A stretch of 64,000 bases of DNA from Paragordius varius. Taxonomy: Eukaryota > Animalia > Nematomorpha. The stretch covers positions 4,278,001-4,342,000 of the forward strand of contig OZ176058.1 of NCBI GenBank assembly GCA_964247055.1, read 5' to 3'. Under the pieces are notes generated by a model, which was given only the letters and a program-made list of their open reading frames with translations, had not been told where the DNA came from and ran no database searches. A program made the position numbers and the translations under genes. Below are positions 1 through 12,962 of this stretch, one piece after another; within the stretch, counting starts at the first letter, position 1; each line of letters opens with the position of its first letter.

Positions 1-38
1 ACTTCAAACGTTTTGGAAAACGGCATAACGCCTTAAGA

Positions 39-660
39 CAGGTATCGGCAACCTTTTTTGGGATCCGTTTTTAAAATAGAAAATTTTAGGAGGCCCTACG
101 TTTGATAATATAAAAATTGTACTCTATAATATAATAGTTTATTAATAAAATGAAAAAAATTATTCTTAACAACATATTAACTTTATAATATTGTCACTAT
201 GATTAAGCAATTTCGCACTCCATTTTAATTTTAAAAAAGATAACATCCATTTCCTTTAATACTATATTAGTTTATTTATTTTATCCATTTATTAAAAATT
301 CAATGTCCTTTATGTTCTTCAAAATTCTTGATAATTTAATTTAATATCTGTTGCTTCGATTTCATTCAACCTCGTTCTGTATTTTGATTTAATATATTAA
401 TCAAAAATTCTGATCTATAACAGTGAAACATGGTTGTCCCTTTGAGCATATTTATATAATTATATGAATATATAGTATTTGGTGAAATTAATAATTAAGT
501 GCTAAATTTTCTAAAGTTGTCCTTATATATAGGCTGCGTTTCGGCAGGCTTACGGTTAAATTTTAATTTAATCATTAAATATTTTTATATGCTTTGGCAG
601 GCTGTATAAAAACCACGGTGAGCCAAATTTGACTTACGAGCCCCAGGTTGCCGACCTCTG
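39..660. mobile_element. Non-autonomous hAT (Buster/Charlie-type) MITE
   Basis: TIRs CAGGTATCGGCAACC (39) and rc CAGAGGTCGGCAACC (660). 8-bp TSD ccttaaga/ctttaaga with central TA, typical of Buster-type hATs. Confidence 0.9.
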
Positions 661-1084
661 CTTTAAGATATTATAATGTTTAATTAGACGACAATATTAT
701 ATTGGTTTAACATTGTTTGTTTTTGAAAATTGACGTCAAACCATGAATACAATATTGGATTATTCCAAATATATGATATAGTTCAGGAGCCAAAAAACCG
801 CGGTCGACTTCGTGACCGCAAATTTTCAAACGTGACCGCATAAAAATTCTTAAAAAAATGTAAAAAATATTTTTGCATAGATTTTTATCCAATAATATTA
901 TAATAAATTTTTGTAAATTTCTTATTATGTTTGAAAATATTTAGTTAAAAATATATATTTAACTAAGTTTTATTATTTTAATAAAATCATATGAATCTTT
1001 CGAATTTAAATCATTAATTTATCTTTAGACAGATTTCAAAAAATAGAAACTATTCCTATAGTGTTAAAAAATTCTAAGATATAT

Positions 1085-2010
1085 CGTTAGAAAATGAATG
1101 GAAAACGATTATATTTTATAACGAAATGATAAATAGTTCGATATGCAGCTCAACAGTAGTTTACCTAAAAAAGCAAATGATTAAAGATATTTTACTAAGC
1201 CTCAAGTGAACTATCAAATTTTCAATTCAGCTATTTTTAATTAATCATTATGAATAGAACAGCTAATACTTACACACTGCATTGTGAAACACAACAAAAA
1301 TAAATATTCCATAATTGCAACTTTTAAAACAGAAACCCTAATAAACAACAATTTATTCAGGACGTAAAAATTTGGAGAGAAAATCCAAATAAAGCTTCTG
1401 AGGTCCTGTTCGAAAATTATGTTGCAAAAAGAACGTTATAATATCAATAAAAAGCTTATCCCTTTCTAGACACCCAATTATGCGGAGAGGTGAGAATAAA
1501 TCAAAATCTTACCGAAATTTTACATGAAAATATTATTTCTTGTTTATTTTTTTGCTTCGAATTGACAAGTCACCCACTATGTTGGTATTGCGCAATTATG
1601 CGTTTTTATATACATCTTATATGACATGTCAGCCTAGATGAGTTATTGACGGTCATACCTCTGCATGAATTTTTAAAATTATATTACAGTTTCTTGTATC
1701 CATAACAACCGACGGAGCTTCAACAATGATTGGATTAAACAATCGGTTCGTAGTTCTTTGCCGCAAATCTCATATAACATTACCAGATTTATGGATTTTT
1801 ATTCCATACATATTCAGGTTTTATGTTCTACAATTATTAAATATTAGCACAAAATGGATATGCTTTGCTTGAAAATAGTAAAAGTTTTTTTTTATTTACA
1901 ATGTGCATTTTTTTGAGCATATCGCATCAAAAAGCAAGATCAAGAAGCGAATTAAGAACTTTTTATTGTGGATATGAATAAAAAATAGATATGTTTGTAG
2001 TATAAATCGT
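1085..2010 (+). pseudogene. Decayed hAT Buster/GTF2IRD2-like transposase
   Basis: Frameshifted fragments recognisable as family motifs: ICSSTVVYLKK (~1140), IAQLCVF..ELLTVIPLH (~1590-1665), LVSITTDGASTMIG (~1695, catalytic D region), IHIQVLC (CxxH region, degenerate). Confidence 0.8.
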
Positions 2011-2071
2011 CTTAATCTTTCTAAAATTGCACAGGTTACTATGTCGACACCAATTCCTTTTAATAAACCTA

Positions 2072-2322
2072 CAGTAAAAATAGAAATTATACGGATAAAA
2101 CCTTAAAATATACTTTTTAAACTTCATTTTTAAAAAGAACTCCCATTGTTTTAAATTGCAAAGTATAAAATTGATATTATATTGGTTTTGTCAATTATAT
2201 ATTTTATAATTCTAATCATTTAATTTATATAAGAAAAATTAAACTTGATAAAATAGTTGTCTTTTAAAAAATATTTGTCTTTATATTTTTACTTTTTGTT
2301 CGTATAATTTCAATTTTTACTG
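2072..2322. mobile_element. MITE family A (pogo/Tc1-type, TA TSD)
   Basis: ~85-bp TIR CAGTAAAAA-TGAAATTATACGGA..AAAGACAACCATAC; left TIR partly deleted in this copy. Confidence 0.75.
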
Positions 2323-2329
2323 AAAAACT

Positions 2330-2520
2330 TCGGCTCGATATTCTTTTTTTGATAGACTTACTATCTTGAAGCACATTTCCATTATTTCAAACCTCGTATG
2401 CTGTAATCCATAAAATCTGGTAAATTATAAAGATCTTTGCCAAGACTACAAATCCACATTTTTTACTTCAATTATCAAAATCCGTTGCAAGATGTACAGT
2501 TTATTCATCACTGTAAATTT
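2330..2520 (-). pseudogene. Second, more diverged hAT transposase fragment
   Basis: Reverse complement resembles 1700-1950 (ttaccagattttatggat, gatttgtagtcttggcaaagatc). Confidence 0.4.
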
Positions 2521-2859
2521 AGTAAATTGTTTTTTAGTTTCATATCTCATTTAATATTTTTACTTTATACTTTAATTTAGTTTATATTTTGATTTTTTTT
2601 ATGTTTGACAAAGATTACTAGTAATTATCGATAATACACCCGATAAATTCATTTTATTTTAGCTGAATTTTAATTGCAATAAATATTAATGTAAAACTTT
2701 TAAAGTTTATACTAATTGAATAACAACCGAAGGTATTCTGAATCAACAATATTTATGTATTTTGGTAATTTTAAGATTACATATATGTATTAAAATATTT
2801 AATCAAAAATATTTATTTCCGTAATATTTATGTCACACCAATCTGTAAATAGAGATATA

Positions 2860-3138
2860 CAGTAAAAACTGAAATTATACGGAAAAACGTAAAAATATAA
2901 AGACAAAAATTTTTATATAAAAGACAACCATACTTTTTTAACCTTTATTTATTTATCTTATTAAAATAAATTAATTACAATCGTATATACGACAAAAATT
3001 GCTTTTTTAATAATTTACATTTTTATTTCCTACTTTATAGTTTGAAACAATGAGTTATCATTATAAATATCAAAAGTAGTAGTATGTCTGTCTTTTAGAA
3101 AAAAATATTTGTCTTTATATTTTCACTTGTCCATACAT
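2860..3138. mobile_element. MITE family A
   Basis: Left TIR intact, right TIR truncated; end approximate. Confidence 0.75.
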
Positions 3139-3189
3139 TTGCATCATTTGTATTGTATGGATAAATGAATCCTAATTAATATTCATGTG

Positions 3190-4209
3190 TGCCCGCGTTA
3201 AATTTTCCTTTTACCCAAAGTAGGCGAAAAGGTTAGCCACCCATTTAAAATACATTTTTAACTCAACAGGTCATTTTTTGGCTTTAGGATTTTCAGTTTT
3301 AATCATAATTGTCGGCTTCTAAACGCATTTTATTATTTTTGAACCAATCTATATCAAACTAAACAAACTATAAGTAAAATTTGATTTTAATATAAAATTA
3401 TATTGTTTCAATTTAAAATCTATTTTACATTCAAAATCAAAAGCCTTTAACCCAATTGAACTTTTCACCAAAAAAAGTAACTCGCGTTAAAAAAAGCTTA
3501 GCCACCCATAATATAGTTTATTTATAATACATTTATAACTCAAAAACCATGCAATACCAAGTCATTTTTTGGCTTTAGGATTTTTAGTTTCAATTATAAT
3601 TGTCCGCGCTTCTAAACGATTATTTTTGAACCATTCTATATCAAACTAAACAAACTATAAGTATTAATTATAAAATTTTCAATTTAAAATTTATATCACA
3701 TTTAAAAACTTTAACCCAACTGAACTTTTCTCCCAAAATGCGGATGAAAAGGTTAGCTACCCCTAATATAGTATATTTAAAATATAATTCAAAATTCATA
3801 TTCAACTCAACAACCATGCAATACCAGGTCATTTTTCAACTTGATTAGTTTCAATTATGATTGTCCGCGCTTCTAAACGCAATCATTATTTTTGAACCAT
3901 TCTATATCAAACTTGACAAACTATAAGTAAAATTTATTTTTTTATAAAATAGATTGTTTCAATTTAAACTATTTCACATTGGGAAAAAAGGTTAGCTATC
4001 CTTAATATGGTTTATTTAAAATACATCAATCATGTTTTTTGGCTTTTGGATTTTCAATTTCAATTATAATTGTCCGCGCTTTTAAACGCTTCATTATTTT
4101 TGAACCCTCTTATATTAAACTAGACAAACTAAATTAAAATTTATTATAAATTATATTGTTTCAATTTAAAATCAATTTCACATTCAAAATCAAAAAGCCT
4201 TTAACCCAA
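3190..4209. repeat. Tandem array of ~4 diverged 230-270 bp units
   Basis: Shared blocks (ttagccaccc, ttgtccgcgcttctaaacg, tatatcaaactaaacaaactataagt, tcaaaatcaaaagcctttaaccc); units start near 3190, 3447, 3711 and 3980. Confidence 0.9.
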
Positions 4210-4770
4210 CCACCACGGGTCACCCGTCAACTTGTAGAGTGTAAAAAGGTTTATTCGATTTCCGCGTGACGAACTTGACGAGCTGCTAGATGAACTAGAA
4301 CTGCTTGATGAAGACCGACTGTGGACTTTAACGTAAGCTTTTTTGCCTTTTCCTTTTCGATACTTTTTCCCGTGTCTTTTAGTTCGCGCTAAATGCGTGG
4401 TGGCCTTTGATGAGTTTAAACCTTGCTCTTTCTTACGTCGTTTTAGGGGGTATAACAGGACTTCATTTGTCATTTCTGAGGTAGAGAGAGCAGTTTTATT
4501 AGATTTACGGTTTGAATTGGTCTTCTGCGATTTTTTCCCGTTCAAATCCATGATAGATTCAAATGCGCTCCGATCAAACAATGTATTCTTTGTTCTTGTT
4601 GAGCTTTTAGTTTGCTGTCGCGATTTATTTTGACTAAATAAAAGGTAGGACTCTGAATTATCAATATTTTGAGTGGGGGTTTTTGATATTGGGTAAATGT
4701 CATACTTTCTACTATTTTTACTATTGTTATTTGCGTAATTTTGCTTTTTGTGAGAAAAACGATATTTCAT
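4201..4770 (-). CDS. Orphan basic K/R/S-rich protein with poly-Ser tract (189 aa), possibly a nuclear basic or disordered protein
   Basis: 570-nt ATG-TAA ORF, visibly more GC-rich than its flanks. The Ser run uses mixed codons rather than a perfect microsatellite. No family recognised. Confidence 0.55.
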   Translation of the reverse strand: MKYRFSHKKQNYANNNSKNSRKYDIYPISKTPTQNIDNSESYLLFSQNKSRQQTKSSTRTKNTLFDRSAFESIMDLNGKKSQKTNSNRKSNKTALSTSEMTNEVLLYPLKRRKKEQGLNSSKATTHLARTKRHGKKYRKGKGKKAYVKVHSRSSSSSSSSSSSSSSSSRGNRINLFTLYKLTGDPWWLG

Positions 4771-4927
4771 ACGAAGCGTTCGACCATATATTTTGTGCCC
4801 AAGGATTAAAAAAATCTAATTAAATATAATACAAAAAACAGTATGTACATTAATTATGCAGAAGCTTATGGGTAAAAACAATACAACAAATGTTAAAATT
4901 AGGAATTTATCCTATTTTACAACATTA

Positions 4928-5107
4928 CAGTAGCCTATGGTATAAAGCATTATTAGTCTATAAAAGTAAATAAATGTTTTTTTTTTCAAAAAAAACCCAA
5001 GCATAGTTGTATAAGCATATATCCAAATACCCCCTAGTTTTTTTTTATAAAAAACACATTTTTTTTCTTTTATTAAGAACCAAATAGTTGAATACTATAC
5101 GCTACTG
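4928..5107. mobile_element. Small TA-flanked MITE (CAGTAGC termini)
   Basis: ta|CAGTAGCCTATGGTAT ... ATACTATACGCTACTG|ta. Confidence 0.65.
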
Positions 5108-5490
5108 TAAATGTTATTTACATTATGGACAAAACTTGTTTTATATTATACGCTTATTACTGTATTACCAATTAGCCAACACTGATCAACATTAATAAGC
5201 AACTGACAGAAAGTAAAAATTTAAAGGCAAAAATTCAAAGTCATTTTTTTATTTGTTTTGGTATGCACACTAATATATGGACTAAAGATTATATTCCTAA
5301 TGACTTAAAAAACATCACCGTAAAAAATATGATTATTTTATAAAAAACAATTGTCTCTTAGTTTTTATGTTTGCATCCGTATAATTTCATTTTTTTAAAA
5401 TAAAGGCCAGTTACTGAAAAACACATTTATACAAAACATTTTTTTTACAAAATTAAAATCAATAGATTGTTTGCTGATATGCGCTTTTGA

Positions 5491-7455
5491 CACGGGTACG
5501 GCAAAGGGGTGCATCATGTCCCGGGCGCCGTTATTTAGGGGCCCCTGAATGATTTTTTCAAATTAAATTTAAATTATGCAAAAACAATAACAACTTTCAA
5601 ACAGGATTTTTCAGCAACTTAGGTAAACCCTAAAATAACAAACATTAAACGTTATGCAAAAAACAACTTTCATTATTCCCTTCAACATGTGCAAACTTAA
5701 TTTTCGCTTAATAAACGTTACTTTATCAGGCACATATTGTTATTTCGTTTATTGCCTCTAATTAAATTATTTTAACATTTCTCTCTGTTCAAAACATTAT
5801 CTCTTATTCTCATAATTCATAATTGCATTTTTATTTTATACATATTCTCAAAACCCAATTTTATTAACTTAAATCCCCAAGATCATACATAGCCTTGTTT
5901 TTGGATAATTACTTTCATTTTCATCTCATATCAAGGCCTAAACTCAGCGGTTACGCAAATAGGAAACAATGAGAATGTGTATGAAACATTATTTAACAAA
6001 AATATCTGACCCTATCATTGCAAAAGTGTATGCGACACAAACATAACGGCACCCCTTAATAATAACTATACTACATCTGACACCCTAATTATTGATTCAA
6101 TATATAGAGATGAGAAAACTTCATAATTCCAAGCACTATACCTATAGAATTTAATGATGTCGCCTTTTTCTAATAATAATGTTCCTCCCGTAATATCTAA
6201 TCAGCTTGTCACAGAAATGATTTTTTGTGGATTTCAAGTATATCAAAATAAATGCCATCTCTTTGAAACAAAAAATCATCGTTCAATGCCTCAATCTTGG
6301 TATTTTCGACGTGTCGGAAAATAGAAGAATTGAAGTTGTTTTTATATATACCAAAAAACAGATCAGAGTATTGTTATAGCCTACTTTTTGATCGGTCTTA
6401 TTAAATCGAATATTGGCCTACAAATTTCTAATCAACCAAAATCTCCCTTTTGGAGGACATGTTGCAAGTTTAGTGTATCTAGATGACTCAGCACCAAATC
6501 CTGGAAATCTCTTATCTTTACTAATGTAGCTCGGTTTGACCCAATAATGGGAGACTGAGAAAAATTGAATCTCCTAACACTTTATCCTATGTTTCATCCA
6601 AAATCCAAAACGAATTCATACATCTTTTTGCTTTAAGAGTTAAAGCAAAATTGATCGACGACATTAATAAAAGTAAATATTATGAAATTAAATTTGATTT
6701 AACAGATAAAGCCCACCGAAAACAAATTTTTTACATGTCAGGTATGTGTTTATGGCAAGAGAGATTCATAAAAGAATCCTTTGTGGGTTTTATTCAGTTA
6801 TTCAACAAAGATTGTTAATTCAAAATGTAATTTTAGAAAATCTATATATGATTAATATTCAGTTATCAAATTGTATATCTCAATGCTATGATAATGCAGT
6901 TGTGATGTCGTGCCACATTTCAAGCGTTCAACAAGTAATTCTGGAAAAAATAAAACGCAATATTTGTAAATTGTCACAATCATTATTAAATTTAGCAGGA
7001 GTCACGGTAGCAAAACAAGATGTTATTGTTGTAATCTGCGGAATAATTAGTATTATTAAATGGGACCTATAAAAATTTTAAGCTGTCTGAAGCCCGAGGG
7101 AGTGCTAGAATTAAGCACTTAATGCCATTGTTGAGGGAATAGATTTGATACAGCTATTAGATGTTTTAAGTAAAAATACTTCAAATACTAGTGAAACAAG
7201 AATTGAGGCATCCATTTTACACTTGAGAGTGTTTTAAATTTCAATTTTCTAACATTTATCTTTTTCTGGCATCAAATACTTATAAGAATCGATAGGGTTC
7301 AACATAGATTGAATGATCCTAAAATTAATTTTAATGAAGCATTTAAGGTTATATTTTTTTACTAAATTGTTTATTGGCTTTCAAAAAGAGGAAGGGGGAG
7401 GGGGTGCCATAAGAGTTTTATGCCCCGGGCGCCGCAAACGCTCAGTACCCCACTG
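5491..7455 (+). mobile_element. Internally deleted hAT element (ZMYM1/Tip100-like)
   Basis: GC-rich ends with CCCGGGCGCC subterminal motifs (~5520, ~7425); right end rc CAGTGGGGTAC; encloses transposase remnants. TSD not convincing. Confidence 0.8.
6390..7350 (+). pseudogene. ZMYM1/THAP12-like hAT transposase remnant
   Basis: VLLNRILAYKFLINQNLPFGGH, NPGNLLSLL..RFDP, and ORF 6746-7072 with CISQCYDNAVVMS (family motif CRGQGYDNGANMSG) and SLLNLAGV. Multiple stops and frameshifts. Confidence 0.85.
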
Positions 7456-7710
7456 CTTCCCGATCTAATTAAAATTTTAATGTCTTCATTGTGTTAAAAA
7501 TATTAAGACAACATTTCACTTCGTTTTTAGCATTTTAGGCGCAGGATATAAAAAAAATTTTTGTAATTAAATGCGAAATTGATAAAATTTTCCCGCCATT
7601 TTTTCTTTTGGATTTTTTTCACTAACACAACATAAATGTCTTTTATGGTTAAAAATCAAAACCAACTTTAAAAAGTTGTGAAATAACATTCTATCAGAAA
7701 ATTTTAATTA

Positions 7711-7986
7711 CAGTAAAAATTAAAATTATACGAACAAAACGTAAAAATATACAAATATTTTTTAAATTTTTTAAACCTTGTTTTTTTTAAATTAAACCAA
7801 TTGTTTTAAACTGTAAAATATAAAATAAAAATGTAAAATGGTAACACAATCAATAATATAGTTTATGATTGTAATTAAATATTTTTCGAGCAAAACTTAA
7901 GGTTTTAAAAAGTATGGTTGTCTTTTGACAAAAAATATTTGTCTTTATATTTTTACGTTTTGTCCGTATAATTTCAATTTTTACTG
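7711..7986. mobile_element. MITE family A, full-length exemplar
   Basis: ta|CAGTAAAAATTAAAATTATACGAAC ... GTCCGTATAATTTCAATTTTTACTG|ta. Confidence 0.92.
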
Positions 7987-8824
7987 TATAAATATCAATA
8001 TCAGCTTTTTGCTTAGGCTGTTTGGGGCTATCCGATATAGGACTATAAAAGTTGAATAAACTGTAATTATAAGTTTTACTAGAAGATGTAAAAATTAAAA
8101 TTTTTATCAAAATAACGATAAAACGATGTTTATTTTCGAATTTAGGGCAAAAAACTAACCCATTTTTTTATCTTATAGTGTTAACCTATAACTTTAATGC
8201 TTTTATGCCCAATAAAATTTTAAATTTTATATTGTATGATAAATAAAAATTTAATCTATATATATCTCTTCAAATTACCAAGTAATGTATAGTTATTCCC
8301 AGGATATTCATAACAATGTAAGGTGTTTTTGGGGTAAAAAACGATAAAAAAAATTATGAAAAATATAAAATATTAAATAAATAAATATATATGTGTTTTA
8401 AGTTTGTCACACATATATATTTCAATTAAACTTTAACCCCTATAAGCGATTGACCCTATCGTTTATATCATTTATATAAATATATATCATACTTTGGGCG
8501 TATAAAGATTTCAAAGTTTAAGGTAAATTTTTTGTGTAATTAACATAAAGAAAAAAGGTTTAAAAAAAATTTCTATTTAAAATAAATTATATAACATAAA
8601 TAAAAAATTTATGATTAATTATCGCCATTAATTGTGGTTTTCAATTTAAGATAAAATTAATATCATTTGAAAATAATCATTAATTTTACAATATAAAATT
8701 TATGAAAAAAATATAAATTTAATACACTAAAAACTAAAATTATACGGACAAAACGTAAAATCATAAGGACAAATATTTTTTTTCAAAAGACAAGCAAAAC
8801 CTTGATTTTTTTATTTAAGCTATT

Positions 8825-9523
8825 TAGGTTACTATGCAGAATTGATTGTGTTGTAATGCTTTTTTAAAAATGTCCGGTCAGACCCAGTCAGACCATGGTC
8901 ATGACCACTTTTAACTAAATATCATGCGATATTGGAAATTATGAAAATAATGCTCGAACGACAGTTGCGTTTTTCACTAATAATGTCAAGTTTTTACTTA
9001 AAAGTTTGTGTTATACATTTTTTTGCTATTTATAATTTATAAATAATATATTCAATCAAATTTAATCAAGAATTTTTGTTTCAAATAAATTTTGCCACAT
9101 GTTTGGGGCTTCTGAATCTTCAAATAAGCTTTTAATATTGCATATATATTCAAAAGAATTTTACCTAGTTTGTTTTACACTTTCTTTCATCATTGAAATA
9201 TCCAATTAAAAGATGTCTTTTCATTTTACTTGTTCAAATGTAGTATATAATTGCATATTTGTACAGTGTTGGATTGTTTCGTTTTTTGAAATAACTAGCT
9301 TGCTAATGTTATATGGATGCATGTTTAACAGATTTAAATATATTTTAAATAAACATATTTAAATATCGATTTTATATATTTAAATATTTAATTTATATTT
9401 TTTAAAAATATATAAAAAAAAATAAAATCTTGCTAACTTTCTTTCAAAAAAAACAAGCAATTTTTCAAAAAACAGCGGTTTTTTTAAATTACCATGGTCA
9501 AAAAATAAATACCCGCTGCCCTG
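8825..9523. mobile_element. Non-autonomous hAT-like element, uninterrupted relative of 59263-61267
   Basis: Shares gtccggtcagacc..ggtcatgaccactttt and ~500 bp of downstream sequence with 59290-59340 plus 60740-61250; ends approximate. Confidence 0.7.
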
Positions 9524-10245
9524 GTTGTAATATATATATATATATATATCTTTTCATTTGCCATTTAATACAATGAGTTATATTTAAAAAAATCAGGATT
9601 CAAAAAATTTGTTTTGTTAGAAAGATACATGATTCTTTATATTTTTAAGTTTTGTCCGTATAATTTCTCAAGTTTAAATAAAATATGGAGGTGTTCTTTT
9701 ATGTATATTTCTCTCAATGTTTTTACTTGATGTGAAATTTCCATTTAAATTTTTATTGTAAAGCTCAAGTTATCAGAATTCTTCATAAATTAATTTAATA
9801 TCAAATTCTTTCGTTTGTTGAATAAACAAATATTCGTGTTTTTCATTTGAACAACATAAAGGTAGAGTTAAGAAATACTTAGCAAGATGTATAAATTTTA
9901 TCGACTCATTTAAGTCAACAATCTAAAAAAATATCTGCAATTTTTTATTGACGCATTTTAATTTTCTTATAATAATTGGCGCTTATATTCGGCGAAATAC
10001 TGCCAATTAAATGTTTTTATAATATATATATGTATATATACAGAGTCTATGTTTACAATTGCGCAAACAAATTATCTATTCTAAAAATAAAACGTTGCTT
10101 ATTTCTGACTAATATTGTTACCTTTGATAAAAAAGGTGTTTGGGACCTCCCATTGAAAAAAGTATAAAATACCCCGGTTTTTTAAACAAGAATTAACATT
10201 TCAAATTTTTCTTTAAATTCTGTGTGTGTAAAACTCTTAACTACG

Positions 10246-12423
10246 ATGCGTTTTATAATATTCTTAATTACTACGATCATTCTTATGCCTACGATCTTTG
10301 TTGAAGGCATATCTGGTAATGTTTTATTCATATTGTTTCATTTTAACAATTTACATTAAAAAGACGAACTTAAAAACTTAGGGTCAATATTACCGTAAAA
10401 ATTGAAATTATACGGATAAAACGTGAAAATATAAAGACAAGTATTTTTTTTATAAAACATACCATATTTTTTTTATTCTTGATTTTTTTTAATATAACTG
10501 ATTGTTTTAAACTGCAAAATATAAAATAGAAATGTAAATTGGCAGCAAAATCAATTCTATATTTTAAAATAATTAAACTAGCCAGTATGGGAAAAAATAG
10601 GGTTCGAAAAAGTATGGTTGTCTTTTGAAAAAAAATTTTGTCATTATATTTTTACGTTTTGTCCGTATAATTATAATTTTAACTGTAATTTTTTTATCTA
10701 TTAAATTAGATCAACCATCGGAAACGGAAAAAGGGGACATTAGAAATGATTGTAATATTAAACCAAGGTATGTTTTGCGTGTTAAACATTTTAATTATAC
10801 AGAATGACAAAATGTTAAAAAAACATAAATTTTATTTTTCAAAGACAATCATATTTTTGAAACTTAATTTTTATAACTTGTTGGTTTGGTTTGCAAATCT
10901 AAAGCCATATAAACGAAATTATATACACACTCAATTTGATATACCATAGACAGTTCATATTCACCCTCGAACAATCTAAATTCACTCTAAAAATGATTAA
11001 TGTGTTTTTGAACTAATATTTACTCATTATTCATATGAAATATATCTTAAAGCATAGTTTATTATTTTTTCAGTATTATTTTATTTTATACAGAATTTCA
11101 TTTTTTTAAAAAATATATAAAAAATGGGGAATTTTTAATCTTAAAAAACATATAATATATTTGAGGGTGAATTTGAATTGTTTGAGGGTCAATTTGAATT
11201 GTTCAAGGATGAATTTGATTTGTAAATGGTATATAAAAAATGATAGTATGCATTGATAATATAATCAAGATTGTCTTTAAAAACATTTGTTTTTTGGATT
11301 TTATGCTTGCTTGTTTTCGTATAATATCAAATTTTATAAAATACGTTATATATATATATGAATGAATCTAGTCAGGAATGCTATAAACAAAGCGAAAAAA
11401 AATACAATCCACCATATAAACTGACAGGAACAAAAGTTCCCGAGCCCCAAGGAAATAAATTTAAATGCGAAAAAGGCAAAAAAAACTCATATGACTATTG
11501 TTCATGTTCAAGAAAGTTAATAACAGTACAGTATGCCATAAAACATAATATTAGTCCATAAAAGAATTTTTTTTTATTATAAAAAAATATTTTTTATTTT
11601 CATATGGACACTAATATTGTTTTATGCCATACGCTACTTTAATTATTTTTTTATACTAAATTTAAACATATATAATGTTTGATCATACATAAAATGTAAT
11701 TTTTTACAAAAGTGTTTAGAGTAACATTGTTAGAGTTTCTTATATATTGTTGTCAAATATATCAAAGGAGGAATAAGTTTTTCTAGGATACAGTAAAAAA
11801 TTGAAATTATACTATGAAGACAAAACGTAAAAATATAAAGACAAATATTTTTTTCTAAAAGACAACCAACCATACTTTCACCTGTTTTTTTCCAATATAA
11901 CTAACTCATTGTTTTAAATGTGGCAAAGTGTGAAATAGAGATATAAATTACTAACATAATCAATTGTATATTTTACAATTGTAAGCTAAATAACTTATAT
12001 TGGAAAAATTAAGGTTTATAAAAGTATGGTTGTTTAGAGAAAAATATTCCGTATAATTACAATTTTTACTGTAAACATAAATTTTGCTTAATTTTATTTC
12101 AAAAAAAATATTATGGGCATCGTAAATTAATTACGCATTCAATTTTATAGAGTGAGATTTGTAAATATTATTAAATCTATGTATGTGTAAGGATAAATAA
12201 GGTTAAATAAGATATGATTGATTATCTTTTCAATAATAAGATTATTTGTCTTTAAGTGTTTACGTTTTGCCTGTATTTTAGTTTTTATGGCATACAAACT
12301 TTTAAAATTTATAATAATTTTTCCCCCCAATTTTAACTTTTTAGGGCTAAGAATGGAAAATCCATTTATGCATGGTATTGGGATTGTGAAATGGAAAATA
12401 ACCAAAGTATGGAAGAACACTGA
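10246..12423 (+). CDS. Small secreted six-cysteine protein, copy A (121 aa)
   Basis: Exons 10246-10315, 10710-10767, 11372-11530, 12345-12423; all introns GT-AG, phases 1/2/2, total 366 nt. MRFIIFLITTIILMPTIFVEGIS (signal-peptide-like) DQPSETEKGDIRNDCNIKPSQECYKQSEKKYNPPYKLTGTKVPEPQGNKFKCEKGKKNSYDYCSCSRKLITVQAKNGKSIYAWYWDCEMENNQSMEEH*. Confidence 0.82.
10393..10685. mobile_element. MITE family A in intron 1 of secreted gene copy A
   Basis: Both TIRs present, TA flanks. Confidence 0.88.
10944..11229. mobile_element. MITE family B (CCATTTAC termini, 21-bp AATTCAAATTCACCCTTGAAC subterminal repeats)
   Basis: tata|CCATAGACAGTTC...GATTTGTAAATGG|tata, with inverted arrays of the 21-mer. Confidence 0.85.
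11791..12071. mobile_element. MITE family A
   Basis: Both TIRs, TA flanks; lies in intron 3 of the secreted gene. Confidence 0.85.
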
Positions 12424-12613
12424 AAAGCAAAACTTAACTAAAAAACTGCTCAAAATTTTAATAATCATCAATTTTGTGGCAAATTATTGATTAGTTTTTT
12501 TAAATAAAATAAATTAAATTAGCATAAATTATTGTTGTTATACAATATTAAATTTTTCAACATTTTTATAGAGCAGAAACTGACTCTTTCTTATACAGCA
12601 GTAGAATCCTTTG

Positions 12614-12889
12614 CAGTAAAAACTGAAATTATACGGACAAAAGTAAAAATATAAAGACAAATATTTTTTTTCAAAAAGACAACGATACTTTTATTTCAAT
12701 ATATAACTCCATGTTTTTAATGTCAAAATCTGAAATAGAGATATATATTACTAATAAAATCAATTCTTTTTATCACAAATAGATTATACGAGAAAAACTA
12801 AGATTTTAAAAAGTAGGGTTGTCTTTTAAAAGAAAATATTTGTCTTTATATTTTTACGTTTTGTCTTTCCATATATTTCAATTTTAACT
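12614..12889. mobile_element. MITE family A
   Basis: Both TIRs, right one degenerate. Confidence 0.8.
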
Positions 12890-12962
12890 CTATGTTGACT
12901 TTGATTTCGGGCATAAAATATGTTTCAATATTCAAATCATGACCGCTTTTTTTTAATATAAT

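Noticed and set aside
4343-4633. 96-aa plus-strand ORF
   Set aside because: Antisense shadow of the 4201-4770 ORF.
7850-8110. ORFs overlapping MITE family A or B copies (also 14354, 21922, 24021, 45408, 47176)
   Set aside because: AT-rich MITE sequence read through by chance; F/I/K/N-biased with no domain.
9975-10153. Possible divergent minus-strand mini-gene (MGGPKHLFYQR..., 41-42 nt GT-AG intron; paralog ~18750-18934)
   Set aside because: Copy A hits a stop after ~19 codons and the copies differ in frame. The intron is far shorter than any other here, and the conservation is explained by the duplication.
11358-11561. Treating MNESSQECY... (and 20148-20342) as a standalone 64-67 aa gene
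   Set aside because: The ATG comes from a (TA)n run. The phase-compatible acceptor at 11371 and donor at 11531 give a better four-exon model with a leader peptide.
12218-12490. ORF-track frame GLRMENPFMHG... for the last exon of the secreted gene
   Set aside because: Not phase-compatible with the upstream donor. The frame AKNGKSIYAWYWDC..* fits, supplies the sixth Cys and is conserved in both copies.
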